Shown: in pieces, positions 16,714 through 26,800 of the stretch
Numbering within the stretch: the first letter of the stretch is position 1
Layout of the letters: every line of letters starts with the position of its first letter
Origin: a virus
Taxonomy: Duplodnaviria > Caudoviricetes
DNA length: 29,002 nt
IMG/VR virus record: IMGVR_UViG_3300027973_000167
Location: 1-29,002 of that record
Reading direction: 5' to 3' (one strand)
The notes under the pieces: model-generated
Told to the model about the DNA's origin: nothing
What the model saw: the letters and a program-made list of their open reading frames with translations, nothing else
The model's database searches: none
Translations under genes and position numbers: made by a program

Positions 16714-17532
16714 ATGACACCCCACCTCACAGCGGACCAGTTGTTTACCCTGCTGCCTACCAAGGTGCCGCAGGAGGATGTGGTGCGGATCGCCGTGGCC
16801 ACGCGCGATCTGATCCCGGCGCGCAAGCCTGCGCAGGGTAGCACGTACCGTGCTGCGGAGCTGCCAGAGAGGCCGCGCGTGACTGAGTTTGGCGACTATG
16901 TGCTGACGGACTGCGGGGAGGGACCGCCGGGCTATCAGTATCTCTACTTCAGCCAGGCCAAGACCCTAGCACAGCAGTGGACGGCGGTGGACGTGTGGGA
17001 GGATCAGGCCGTGGAGCAGTGGCCCGCCGTGCTGGAGGCCCTGCGCCCAGTGAAGAATGCCGCCGCACCCATCGCAGTGCAACGGCCCAGCGCGACCGAT
17101 GCCACAGGCAAGGAGACGGTCTATCTGGACCGCATTGATTATTTCCTAGCCGTCACGCCTGCGACAACGGCGGTGTGCCGCATTCGGGTGGAGCTGTTTC
17201 AGGGGCCGCTGCCCTTCATAGGCCTGTCCTATCCGGTGCCGGTGCCGGGGAATGTGAGTTGGAATTTTGGCCCGCTGGGCAGCGCTAGCTTTACCGCGCT
17301 GCATCCAGACGTGCGCATCCCCCGCCCGCCGGGCAAGTATCAGGTGGTGGCAGATGCCACGCCGGGCTTCACAGATGCACCTTATCAGCGCGATCTAATC
17401 TTTCCCGCCACGCGGTTCAAGACGTGGCGGCCCTACATCTTCCGCGCCACGCCAGGCCGCGTGAATGGCGTTTACACGCTGGAGCGCGCGACGATTTACC
17501 CGCCGCCAAAACCTAAACCTGTTTACTCATGA
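16714..17532 (+). CDS. Hypothetical tail-region protein
   Basis: 272 aa Pro- and aromatic-rich ORF, ATGA-coupled to the next gene. Confidence 0.6.
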   Translation: MTPHLTADQLFTLLPTKVPQEDVVRIAVATRDLIPARKPAQGSTYRAAELPERPRVTEFGDYVLTDCGEGPPGYQYLYFSQAKTLAQQWTAVDVWEDQAVEQWPAVLEALRPVKNAAAPIAVQRPSATDATGKETVYLDRIDYFLAVTPATTAVCRIRVELFQGPLPFIGLSYPVPVPGNVSWNFGPLGSASFTALHPDVRIPRPPGKYQVVADATPGFTDAPYQRDLIFPATRFKTWRPYIFRATPGRVNGVYTLERATIYPPPKPKPVYS

Positions 17533-18257
17533 TCAGGATGCCCACATCTCTTACCTCGCCCTGGGCGGGCATGGCCGTGGTGGGCGGTACTGGCGTGCAG
17601 GTCAGTGGGCATGGTCGACAGTCTGTGGTGCACGGCTCGCCGCAGGCCCCGCAACTGATCCCACCCGCTGACCAGCCCGTGACCGATGCGGGTGCCCGCG
17701 GCCCCACCGGACCCACCGGACCTAGAGGCTTGCCGGGCGACACCGGTGGCCTGGGCTCACCGGGTGCTCCCGGCTCACCGGGTAGTCCAGGGCTACCGGG
17801 CGATCCCGGCGGCACGGGGCCGCCCGGTGGCAGTGGCGATCCCGGCCCGCCTGGTCCCCCTGACAAGAACGCCATCGTGGACACCGCGCTGGGCATTCAT
17901 CGACTCAGCGCCATGGAGGCACCCGAGGCCCTGTTTTATGATCACCTGCACATCGACGTGGCCCCAGGCGCGATGGAGACGCGCACGCGCATCGATGCCC
18001 GTTTTCTCGCCAGTGTGGAGGCCAGCACCACCGTGTGCTGTGCAGCCGTGCCTGACCGGCTGATGACGGTAGCGGCCCGTGTGCACGGCGACATGCTGCA
18101 CTTGTTTACCGAGCCCGGCCCAGTCACCGTGCAGGTGATGATCAAGGCGACCCGCAGCGGTTTTGCCACGCGCCGTTTCCCCACGGCCAGCCGTGCTGAG
18201 CTGGAACGCAGCCATACCATGTGGAGCCGGATCAACGGCTACGCCCCTTTTGCCTGA
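17529..18257 (+). CDS. Collagen-like fibre protein
   Basis: 19 uninterrupted Gly-X-Y triplets, followed by a KNAIV...MEAPEALFYD domain of the kind seen at fibre C-termini. Confidence 0.8.
   Translation: MIRMPTSLTSPWAGMAVVGGTGVQVSGHGRQSVVHGSPQAPQLIPPADQPVTDAGARGPTGPTGPRGLPGDTGGLGSPGAPGSPGSPGLPGDPGGTGPPGGSGDPGPPGPPDKNAIVDTALGIHRLSAMEAPEALFYDHLHIDVAPGAMETRTRIDARFLASVEASTTVCCAAVPDRLMTVAARVHGDMLHLFTEPGPVTVQVMIKATRSGFATRRFPTASRAELERSHTMWSRINGYAPFA
17691..17861 (+). repeat. Collagen Gly-X-Y repeat (19 triplets)
   Basis: GAR GPT GPT GPR GLP GDT GGL GSP GAP GSP GSP GLP GDP GGT GPP GGS GDP GPP GPP. Confidence 0.95.
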
Positions 18258-18261
18258 TGCC

Positions 18262-18879
18262 ATGAGCCTACCCTATCAGCTTTTCTCCGCGCTTTTCACG
18301 CCAGCCGAGTGCGCGGAGCTGCGCGCCTATGCCCAGGGCCGCCCCGCGCAGACCGGCACCGTAGGCTATGGCGGAAAGCAAACCGTGCATGACATGCGCC
18401 GCGCAGAGGTCCGCTGGCTAGACGTGGCGGATGAGCACCTGACTACGCTGATGGCCCGGCTCCACAAGTCCCTGCACCGAGCCAATGCCAACCACTGGGG
18501 CCTGGATTGGAAGGCGCTGCTGGACGTGCAGTTCAGCACCTACGCGGCCTGGAATGCGGGGCACTATGACTGGCACTGCGACGACAACCGCGGCGCGGTT
18601 CATGCGCGGCCCTTTGACCGCTTGCTTAGCGTGGTAGTGCTGCTTTCGCCCCCGGCGGAGTTTGAAGGCGGCACCTTCCAAGTAAGGCCTGAACTAGACG
18701 AACAAAATGTACCATTGACACAGGGGGATTGTGTTGTGTTTCCATCCGGTTTGTTGCACCGTGTCACGCCGGTCACGCAGGGCGTGCGGCACTCTCTGGT
18801 AAGCTGGGCCGAGGGGCCACGCTTGCCAGTCCCAATTACCAAGCCTGAACCTGTACAGACGAAAGGACGCAAACGATGA
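18262..18879 (+). CDS. 2OG-Fe(II) oxygenase (PKHD / prolyl 4-hydroxylase-like)
   Basis: HxD in YDWHCD, EFEGG, distal His in VFPSGLLHRVTPV, and 2OG-binding RxS in RHSLVSW. Confidence 0.92.
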   Translation: MSLPYQLFSALFTPAECAELRAYAQGRPAQTGTVGYGGKQTVHDMRRAEVRWLDVADEHLTTLMARLHKSLHRANANHWGLDWKALLDVQFSTYAAWNAGHYDWHCDDNRGAVHARPFDRLLSVVVLLSPPAEFEGGTFQVRPELDEQNVPLTQGDCVVFPSGLLHRVTPVTQGVRHSLVSWAEGPRLPVPITKPEPVQTKGRKR

Positions 18880-20861
18880 GCCAATACACCCCCAGCTATG
18901 GCCAGCCCGTAGGCGGCCCCACGTGGATGGGCAGCGCGCCCCGCCCGAAACCCTTAGACCTCTTCACGGCCAGGGACCGCATCAATCAAGCGGGTGATCC
19001 GGCGGCTCGCCGTGCCGAGGCCATAAAGCTGGGCTATAGACCCATGGACGCACCGCCTCAATCCCAAGATGGCCAAGGTGGTCGTGGTGGCCGCAAGAAA
19101 ACCCCGCCAGGCCGCCCTGGTTACCCACGTCCAGGCCGCCCGAGCGACAACTGGGGCGATGGAGGTGGAGGTGGAGGTGGAGGTGGAGGTGGAGGTGGAG
19201 GTGGAGGTGGAGGTGGAGGTGGCGGTGGCGGTGGTGGTGGTGGCCCCAGCTACAAGTTCGCTCCCACCAATTATGAAAATGGCAACCGCTACAATGCCGA
19301 AGGCTATCGCGCCGACGGGCGCAAGAAGACCGAGGGCTTCAGCGCAGACGCAGCAGGCCTGCCGGACTATGGCGGGCTCAATGAGTTCTACGCCAACCAA
19401 GAAAGCACGCCCGGCAAGGAAGGCATGCCCGCCACCCGCACCAACCCTGCGTTTTATGCTGGCAGTGAGGACAACAACCAGCCGCCCACCTCGCCGGAGA
19501 TTGCGGGGCAGTTGGACAAGCGGAATGAGACGTTGGTGCCCTTTGCAGGCGGTATCGCCAGGACTAACAAACCCGGTGTAGGCAACTTTGATGAAGGCGG
19601 TTTTTTGCGCGCGGGCGAGACTGGCAATGTGGTGCAGAACGGACGGCCTGAGTTGGCTGTGCCGCTAGATGGCAGCGCCCCAGTGCTGCTGACCGATCCC
19701 ATGGAGATGAAAGCAGCCAAGGATTTGGTGATTCTCTCAAACGATCAACTCAAGCAACTGCCGCAGCTGCGCCAGGACGGCATCACGCCGCTAGGCGGTG
19801 GGCGCGCCGTGATGAGCAATCAGTATGGCACTGGCCTGGCCATGCCCGGCGCGGGCGGTTTGCCCATGGCGGATGAGCGCGGGGTGATCGACGTGGAGGC
19901 GATGAAAGCCAGCAAGGGCCGTGCCTCCATGGCAGCTTTTCCAGACGGCTACGTGCTCCAGAAGGATCGCCCCGGCCTGCGCTATGTGCCTGATCCATTG
20001 GCAGGCACGCCCATGGGCACGATGAGCGGCATCATGCCGAATGATCCTGCGCTGGTGCGTCAAGGCATTGCTCAATTCCAAGCGGCCAATCAATCCGCTA
20101 CCAATGCGGTGAACGCTGTGGACCCCGCCGCCTTGGCGGCTGAAATGCAACTGCGCAATCCCCTGCTGCGCACCTGGGAAGCTGGAGGCGGCACGCAAGG
20201 CCGCCCGCTGCCGAGCACCATGCAAGCCGCCGCGCCCCGCTTCATGCCGGGTCAAGCGCCGCTGGCACAGCAGGTGGGCTTGTCCACTATGCCCGGCCTG
20301 CCCATGTCAGCGGTGCGCGATGGCATGACCTCCATGAATCGTTTCCTGGACAGCCGCGCAGGGCGTGATGCCGTGGGGCAGCAGATGCTTCAGCAGGCAA
20401 TGACGCCGCCAGAAGTTCCGCTGCAACCCTGGGCGCTGCCGGTGCCGGGTGGCAATGAGGTCATCTATGGCGTGGGCCGCAATGTGATGGGCACGCGCCA
20501 AGCCCCCGAGCCGCAGAGTGATGAAGACCTGCTTGCCGAGGCCTACCGTGTGGACACGCCGGAGGAACTGCGCGCGCTGATGGGCAAGACCCGGAACATG
20601 GCCATCATCAAGGAAGCTCGTTCACGGCTGGACAAGATGACGACCAGCACCACGCCTACCGATGAAGTTTACTGGGACCCCGTCAACCGCAAGATGGTGA
20701 AGATCCCCAACGACCGCTTGCCCCCTGAAGGTGAGAACTGGGTGCCGATGAGAAGGAAGGGTGAAGCAATGCCTGCGCCGGGTGGTGCGGGGGCTGCCGC
20801 CGTGCCCGGCCAACGTCGCCCAAGCAGCTTTATTTCTCGCGTTGCACCTCCTGCTCAGTAA
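18876..20861 (+). CDS. Probable internal virion/ejection protein with poly-Gly tract
   Basis: Low-complexity Pro/Gly/Met/Gln composition. FDEGG...GRPELAVP resembles the tape-measure/ejection-protein GG...GPE..VP motif. Precedes the giant ORF. Confidence 0.6.
   Translation: MSQYTPSYGQPVGGPTWMGSAPRPKPLDLFTARDRINQAGDPAARRAEAIKLGYRPMDAPPQSQDGQGGRGGRKKTPPGRPGYPRPGRPSDNWGDGGGGGGGGGGGGGGGGGGGGGGGGGGGGPSYKFAPTNYENGNRYNAEGYRADGRKKTEGFSADAAGLPDYGGLNEFYANQESTPGKEGMPATRTNPAFYAGSEDNNQPPTSPEIAGQLDKRNETLVPFAGGIARTNKPGVGNFDEGGFLRAGETGNVVQNGRPELAVPLDGSAPVLLTDPMEMKAAKDLVILSNDQLKQLPQLRQDGITPLGGGRAVMSNQYGTGLAMPGAGGLPMADERGVIDVEAMKASKGRASMAAFPDGYVLQKDRPGLRYVPDPLAGTPMGTMSGIMPNDPALVRQGIAQFQAANQSATNAVNAVDPAALAAEMQLRNPLLRTWEAGGGTQGRPLPSTMQAAAPRFMPGQAPLAQQVGLSTMPGLPMSAVRDGMTSMNRFLDSRAGRDAVGQQMLQQAMTPPEVPLQPWALPVPGGNEVIYGVGRNVMGTRQAPEPQSDEDLLAEAYRVDTPEELRALMGKTRNMAIIKEARSRLDKMTTSTTPTDEVYWDPVNRKMVKIPNDRLPPEGENWVPMRRKGEAMPAPGGAGAAAVPGQRRPSSFISRVAPPAQ
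19161..19244 (+). repeat. (GGAGGT)10 microsatellite plus 8 more Gly codons (28 Gly)
   Basis: Perfect hexamer repeat at 19161-19220, then GGC/GGT codons to 19244. Confidence 0.95.
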
Positions 20862-20869
20862 ACTGCTCC

Positions 20870-23800
20870 ATGCCGATTGACACCGAACAGTTGGATGTGG
20901 ATTTGGAAGCTGTGCGCGCTCTGCCGGACTGGCAGGACGAGGGCAAACGGCGGGGCTTGATTCGCTCGCTCTCCGCCAACAGCTACGCCGCGCAGGACCC
21001 TGAGCAGCACCAGGCCTTTACCTCCAAGCTGTGGGAGGCAGCCGATCCGCGCAGCACCTTGCAGAAGGCGGGTGAGTTCATTGGTTCGGCGACTGAGGAG
21101 GTGGTGAAATCCATCCCCGCTGTGCCTGCGGCGGCAGCGCTGGCGATCACGGATGCCACGGGCCAGACGGACACGGGCAGCGGCTTTCGCTTGCAGCGTG
21201 GTGTCATGGATCTTGCCGAGCAGGGCTTTCAACGTGCCAAGCAATTCGCTGTGGGCGAGGGTGCGGTGGGTGCCACGCTGAACACCATCATGGGCGCAGC
21301 ACGCCTAGCAGGCCTGCCAGTCCCTGCCAGTGCCCAAGCGGAACGCGATCAAACCCTGACCGCGCTGAAGCAAGACATCGACACCGGTGCAGTGCCTGAC
21401 AGTGTGGCGCGCTGGCTGGCTGGTGCTGACGTGGGCGATGATCCCGATGTGAAGCAGTGGCAGGATGGCCTGAGCCGTGGTCTAGGCGAGGCCGCACTGA
21501 AGGCGCAGGGCATGGGCACCGTGCAGCCCGAGGCGCTGGATGCTTGGCTGAAGAGTGATCGCAATCCGTTGCGCGGCGGCATCAACGACGACAACACGGA
21601 CTTTTCCACGCGCGACATGCTGGCAGATTACCTGGCCACGCGCGACCCGCAAAGCTGGAATGCGTTTACCAATCGAGTCGCAGAGACCAATGGTCAATAC
21701 CAGACCCGCATTGGCCGGGCCGTGCGCGAGGGCACGCAGCTTAAGCAGATGGGCCAAAATGGCCTAATGGGTGAACTGCTAGGCCGTGGTGCCGACATGC
21801 AGGGCAGCCCGATTGACCTTGCCAGTGCAGCGCTGCCTCTGCTGCGCGGCATGAAGCTGCTAAAGGCGGTAAAGGAAGGAGCCAGTGGCCTGCGAGGCAT
21901 CGCTGCCGGTATGGGTGAGGAGTTCGCCCAGGAAGCAGGCACCGAATACCTTGGCGATGCCCGAGCCAGTGACATGCAAGTGCTTGAAGCCGGTGGCATG
22001 GGCGCGGTGGGCAGCGGTGTGCTGGAAGGTGGCTTTGCCACGGCGGGGCGTGTGCTGCGCAATCGGCCAAACGCTGAACTGCCCCCCATGCAGACTGGCA
22101 ACCCGCAGATCGATCAGGTGAATGCAGTGCTGCGTGCCAGCGGGCCGAGACCCAACGGCCCCATTTCGCGCACGGGCATCGCACGCGCTGCCGCACAAAG
22201 GCTATCGGAGCTGGAAAGGGCAATGCTGGGGCCTGTCCAAGTGGGGCGTGACGGTCAGGTGGAACAAAACATTAGCCGCCGTCTGAACACGCAAGAACAA
22301 GAGGAGTATGATTTCTTGCAGGCCGCCCTAGACGACCCCGCCGGACCTCAGCATGAGAAATTGGCCGCTGCCTATGGCTATGACCTGAAGGCGGTGAACC
22401 AGGTGCAGCCCTCCGAACTGCCCATGGGCAACGAGGGGGCGAGCGATGAGGACTTTGATGCTTTTGAACAGACGCGTGCCCTAGCCTCACAGAGACCACC
22501 TACAACGCCTGCTTCACCTTTTGCCAGTGTAAATGATAGGAACGTCCCAGCAAATGCCCCCGCCTCTAGCGGTATGGCGCAGGGCGTTGTGGGTTCGACT
22601 CCCGCCGCTGGCACCGATGTTTCTTTTGATCCTGCGGAAATACTCCGCCGTCGCCGTGTTCAAAATGAGCAATACACTGTTTATAACTCAGACGGGGATG
22701 TTGATCGAGCGGCATCGCAAGCCAAACGTAATACGGCGGCGGCGGCGGCTGGTTTGTCACGGGGCGACTGGGAAACCCAAAACTCAGCGGCCAACACTCA
22801 AGCAAAGAAAGATTTCTTTGCAGCGCTAAATAAAGGGGATGAAGTAAGCTGGACAGATTCAAACGGCAAAAGCCGCACCGGGAAAGTCGAAGTAAGTCTG
22901 AATGGTGAAAAGCAGGTGCGAGACACCACTGAAGGGTCCGCTGCGCAAGATTTCCTTTATGGATGGCAGACAGGGGAGTTTGACATGAACTCCAGTTCCT
23001 TGTCAGTAAAACGAAAGGGTTCAACTCCACCCACTGGCACCATTCCTTCAGAGTTTGAATATGCTTTGACATTGGCCGAGCGCCTTGCCAGCCAAGGCGA
23101 CACGGCCGCCTCAGAATCAGTGATTGATCTTGTTAGGACCAAGTTGGCAGCGTTGACCACAAAACAGCCACCCCCTGGTTGGTTTTTAAGTGGCAAAACA
23201 CCAGAGCAATGGGATGAACAGCGGGCTGTCAATGAACAGCTCCAGCAGCAGATCGAACAGCGGCTTGCGAAACCACCAGCACGCACCAACCGGGAACTGG
23301 GAACCAGGAACCAGGAACCCGTCCCTTCCATCGACAACATCGGGACCAAGTTCGCCCCGCCACAAGTTCGAACAGTGCCGGTGATCCCTGATAACCCGCT
23401 GGGGTATCGCGACTCGCTCGACTTCCTGAACGAGATGCCGATTGCCATTTCGCGCAGCGGCACAGGTGGAGAGCTGGACTGGCAGGAGACGGCTAACATT
23501 CCCAAGTATTACCGCCCGTTCATTGCCAATGAGCAGGGCTTGCCTATCGACGTGGTGGCGGAGGCAGCTTATGAGGCCAACCTAATCCCGCAGCCCACCG
23601 CCGACGCGCTGATGAAGCGGGTGCAGGAGGACATCGGCGCGCGCAGGACCTACCGCGTGCAGGGCCGCGAGCAGAAAGCCGAGCTGCTGACCCGCGAGAA
23701 GCAGACCGTCAGCTTTGACAAGTCGCAGACCAAGCTGGGCAACAAGGCCACGGCTGTGCAAGTGCCCTTTGACTCGCTGGCAACGGGGGATCAACTGACC

Positions 23801-26800
23801 ATTGACGGCGAGCAGGTCACCGTGCGCGCGGTGGAGTCGGACGAAGACGGCTACCTGACCAAGGTGGTGCTGGAGGATGGGAAAAAGTTCGGCGTGCAGG
23901 AGTTCAACCCGCAATCCCGTGAGGGTGTGTTTGTCGATGCCTTTGACCCCAAGCCCCGGCTGGCTGGGGAACCGGAGGTGTTCAGCCCGGCGCAGACAGG
24001 GGATGCTGTGCCGAGCGGTCTTACAGAGGCAGAGGTCAAGCGTTGGCGCAAAATTGAATTCCTGGCCGGAAAATACAATCTGGACCTGAGCGCCGAAGAT
24101 CGTCCGTTTGATGATTGGCGTGAGGTTTGGCTCAACTTGCGGAACGCAAGGTCCTGGCTGGAGGTAGCGGCAAGCTACCGCAGGGGCGAAACGAAAATAT
24201 CACCAGGAGCTATTGAGCGGTTTGCAAAGCAGCAATCAGGCTATGCAACTAACGCTATCAGCAACGCTGAGAAAATGGCGGTCACAGCCCTTGCTAAAAG
24301 CGGGCAACAGCCCAAGCCAAAAATGGGATTCCGTTTGTTGGGCAAGGTAACAAAGACTCCGTGGGGAAGCCGTTACTACCATTTCGACTACAAAGGACAG
24401 TGGTGGTATGTCAGAGTTGCTGATCATGCAAACACTGCCAACCGCGCTGGCATTGATGACAACACACTAGGCCGTTATTACACAACTTCGGGAATGAGTC
24501 TGCCCCAGCGGTTGAATATCGTGCTGGATGAACCGGCCTCATCCGATGCTGTCGCTTTGGCTTATGCTAAAAGTGGCGTGGAAGCAGCGCTTGAGCAGTT
24601 CGGCCTGACCAAAGACGATGCAGATAACTATTATCAGCCCGTTTTGAGAGGCAAGGACGGAAGCATTACCTTCGATGATCCCGAGTATTTGCAGGAACAG
24701 TTAGCAGAATCGCGAAACGAAAAAGCTCAGTCAACGCCGCTGACCGGACAAGCCGGGGAGAGCAGATTGGACATGCTAGGCAGAGGACCGTCGAAGACTG
24801 AGCAAAGCAAGTCTCCACCATCCACCGCCGCCGTCAACCCCAATCTCAACCCCGCTGCTTTGGAATCCCCCGCACGCGGCCTAGGCCGTGGCTTGGGTGC
24901 AATACTGGGGCAGCCACCGCCGGGGGCTGCGACCTCACAACGGCCAACAACAACGGCACCTGCCAATGCGCCCGCGATGTCGCAGGCGTTGTTCGATCGA
25001 GCGCGTGCAGTCACCAGCCAGCAAGCATTGCCACCGGTGGAGCTGGAAGAGCTGTTCACCCGTGCGCGAAACCTCCTGGCCAATGACGGCAGCATGGAGC
25101 TACGCCCGTCTGACCGCACGGTGATCCCGCAGGCGCTGGCCAAGCTGGCGGCGGGGGAGAATCCGCAGCTGATCGTCAACCAGTGGAAGGAGCACCGCAA
25201 TCAGGTGCTGATGGGCCGGACCACGGCTGCCACGCCGTTTGCGGAGTATGCGCAGGCAACAACTGACCCCGGCACGCCACGCGCGCGCCTGCTCTCCGCC
25301 TACGCACAGCTCGACCGCACCGGCCAGGGCTATGTGCGCATCCCCGACCTAGTGCGCGCCTCGGGCCTGCCCATCGCCGATGTGCGGGAGGTGCTGATTG
25401 ATCTCAGTGATCGCAACCAGGCCTACCTGACGCCTGCGGACGAGCCGCGCAACATCCCGGCTGGTGACCGCTCTCTGTTAGTGGTCGGCCCCAGCGGCCC
25501 CTCGCTCTACGTCACCCTGCCCAATCCAGCAGCGCTGGCGAGCCCTGCACAGCTAACCGCGCAAGATGCTGCTTACATGGCCGCTGTGGAAGCGGGCGAC
25601 ATAGATAAGGCATGGAGCATGGTAGTGGCGGCGGCAAAGAAGGCAGGATTGAGTGACTTATTATTTCACGGCACCGACTCAGAGTTTACCGAATTTGACG
25701 CAAAGAAAGCAGGCAGCAGAACTAGGGGGCCGAAAGCCAACCTAGCCTTTTGGTTCACTGAGAGCGAAAACCACTCTTTAGAACGCGGATCAATATCAAT
25801 GCCTGTGTTCCTGAAATACGAAAACCCTTTAACTATTTCGGAACTCACAGATACTTTTACGGCTGGAAACATTGTCGAGCGTGCTAAAAACTCAGGACAT
25901 GATGCGGTTATCTTTGAAAAGCTCGATGACTTGGACGGCAGCTCTGACGGGGTATATTCAGTGGCCCTTATTGTTAATGACAAAGTGGCGACACAAATCA
26001 AATCTGCCGATCCCGTCACCCGCGACGAACAAGGCAACGTCATCCCGCTTTCCCAGCGGTTCAATTCCGACTCAGACAGCATCCTTTACTCTCCTCCCAC
26101 CGTTTCCAGCCGAACCGTATACAAACGCAACACGACGCTGAATAAGGCCGAGCTGGCTCGGCTGGGCTTGCCGACAGATACGGGTAAATCGGTGCAGGGT
26201 CAAAAGCCGGTGAAGGAGGCGCTGAGCCGGATCGCCAAGGATAAGCGCCTGCCCGTCACGGTGCGGCGCATGGCCAAGGAACTGCAAAACGCGGACCTCA
26301 GCGGGTTGTATTTCCAAGTCGTTGCCGATGGCCGCAAGCAATACACAGGCCTCTATCAACCGCTGCGCGGCGGTCAGGGCGAGTTGGTGGTGAATTTACG
26401 CCACCTGGGCAGGGGCAATGTAGACCCCGCGCTCAACATGGCGGAGACGCTGGTGCATGAGGTGCTGCACCATGCCACCTACCGGGCGCTGCGCGGGCCG
26501 AAGAACGACGTGCAGAGGGCCGCCATCGGCAACCTAGAGCAACTGCGCCGCCGCGTGAAGGCCGTGCTGGGCAGCCAGCAGATGGCGGACTTTGATTATC
26601 AGACCAAAAATATCGACGAGTTCATCGCCGCGCTGTTCACGCAGAAGCCGTTCCAAGACGCGCTGGCCGCCATCCCGGCGGAGGCGACGCCGAAGAGCTT
26701 GGTGCAGCAGGTGCGCACCATGCTGGACGAGGCGTTCCGCTTGCTGGCCGAGATCGTGACCGGGAAGAAGGTGCCGCCGGGCAGTGTGCTCGATGCCGCC

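Noticed and set aside
18954-19581. Poly-(EV) and poly-(ST) ORFs
   Set aside because: Alternative-frame readings of the GGAGGT microsatellite.
22523-22616. Functional tRNA gene, including an amber suppressor (CTCTA loop at 22565-22569)
   Set aside because: The loop is 5 nt on a 4-bp stem at the wrong distance from the D-arm, and the element lies inside an open CDS. Kept only as tRNA-like.
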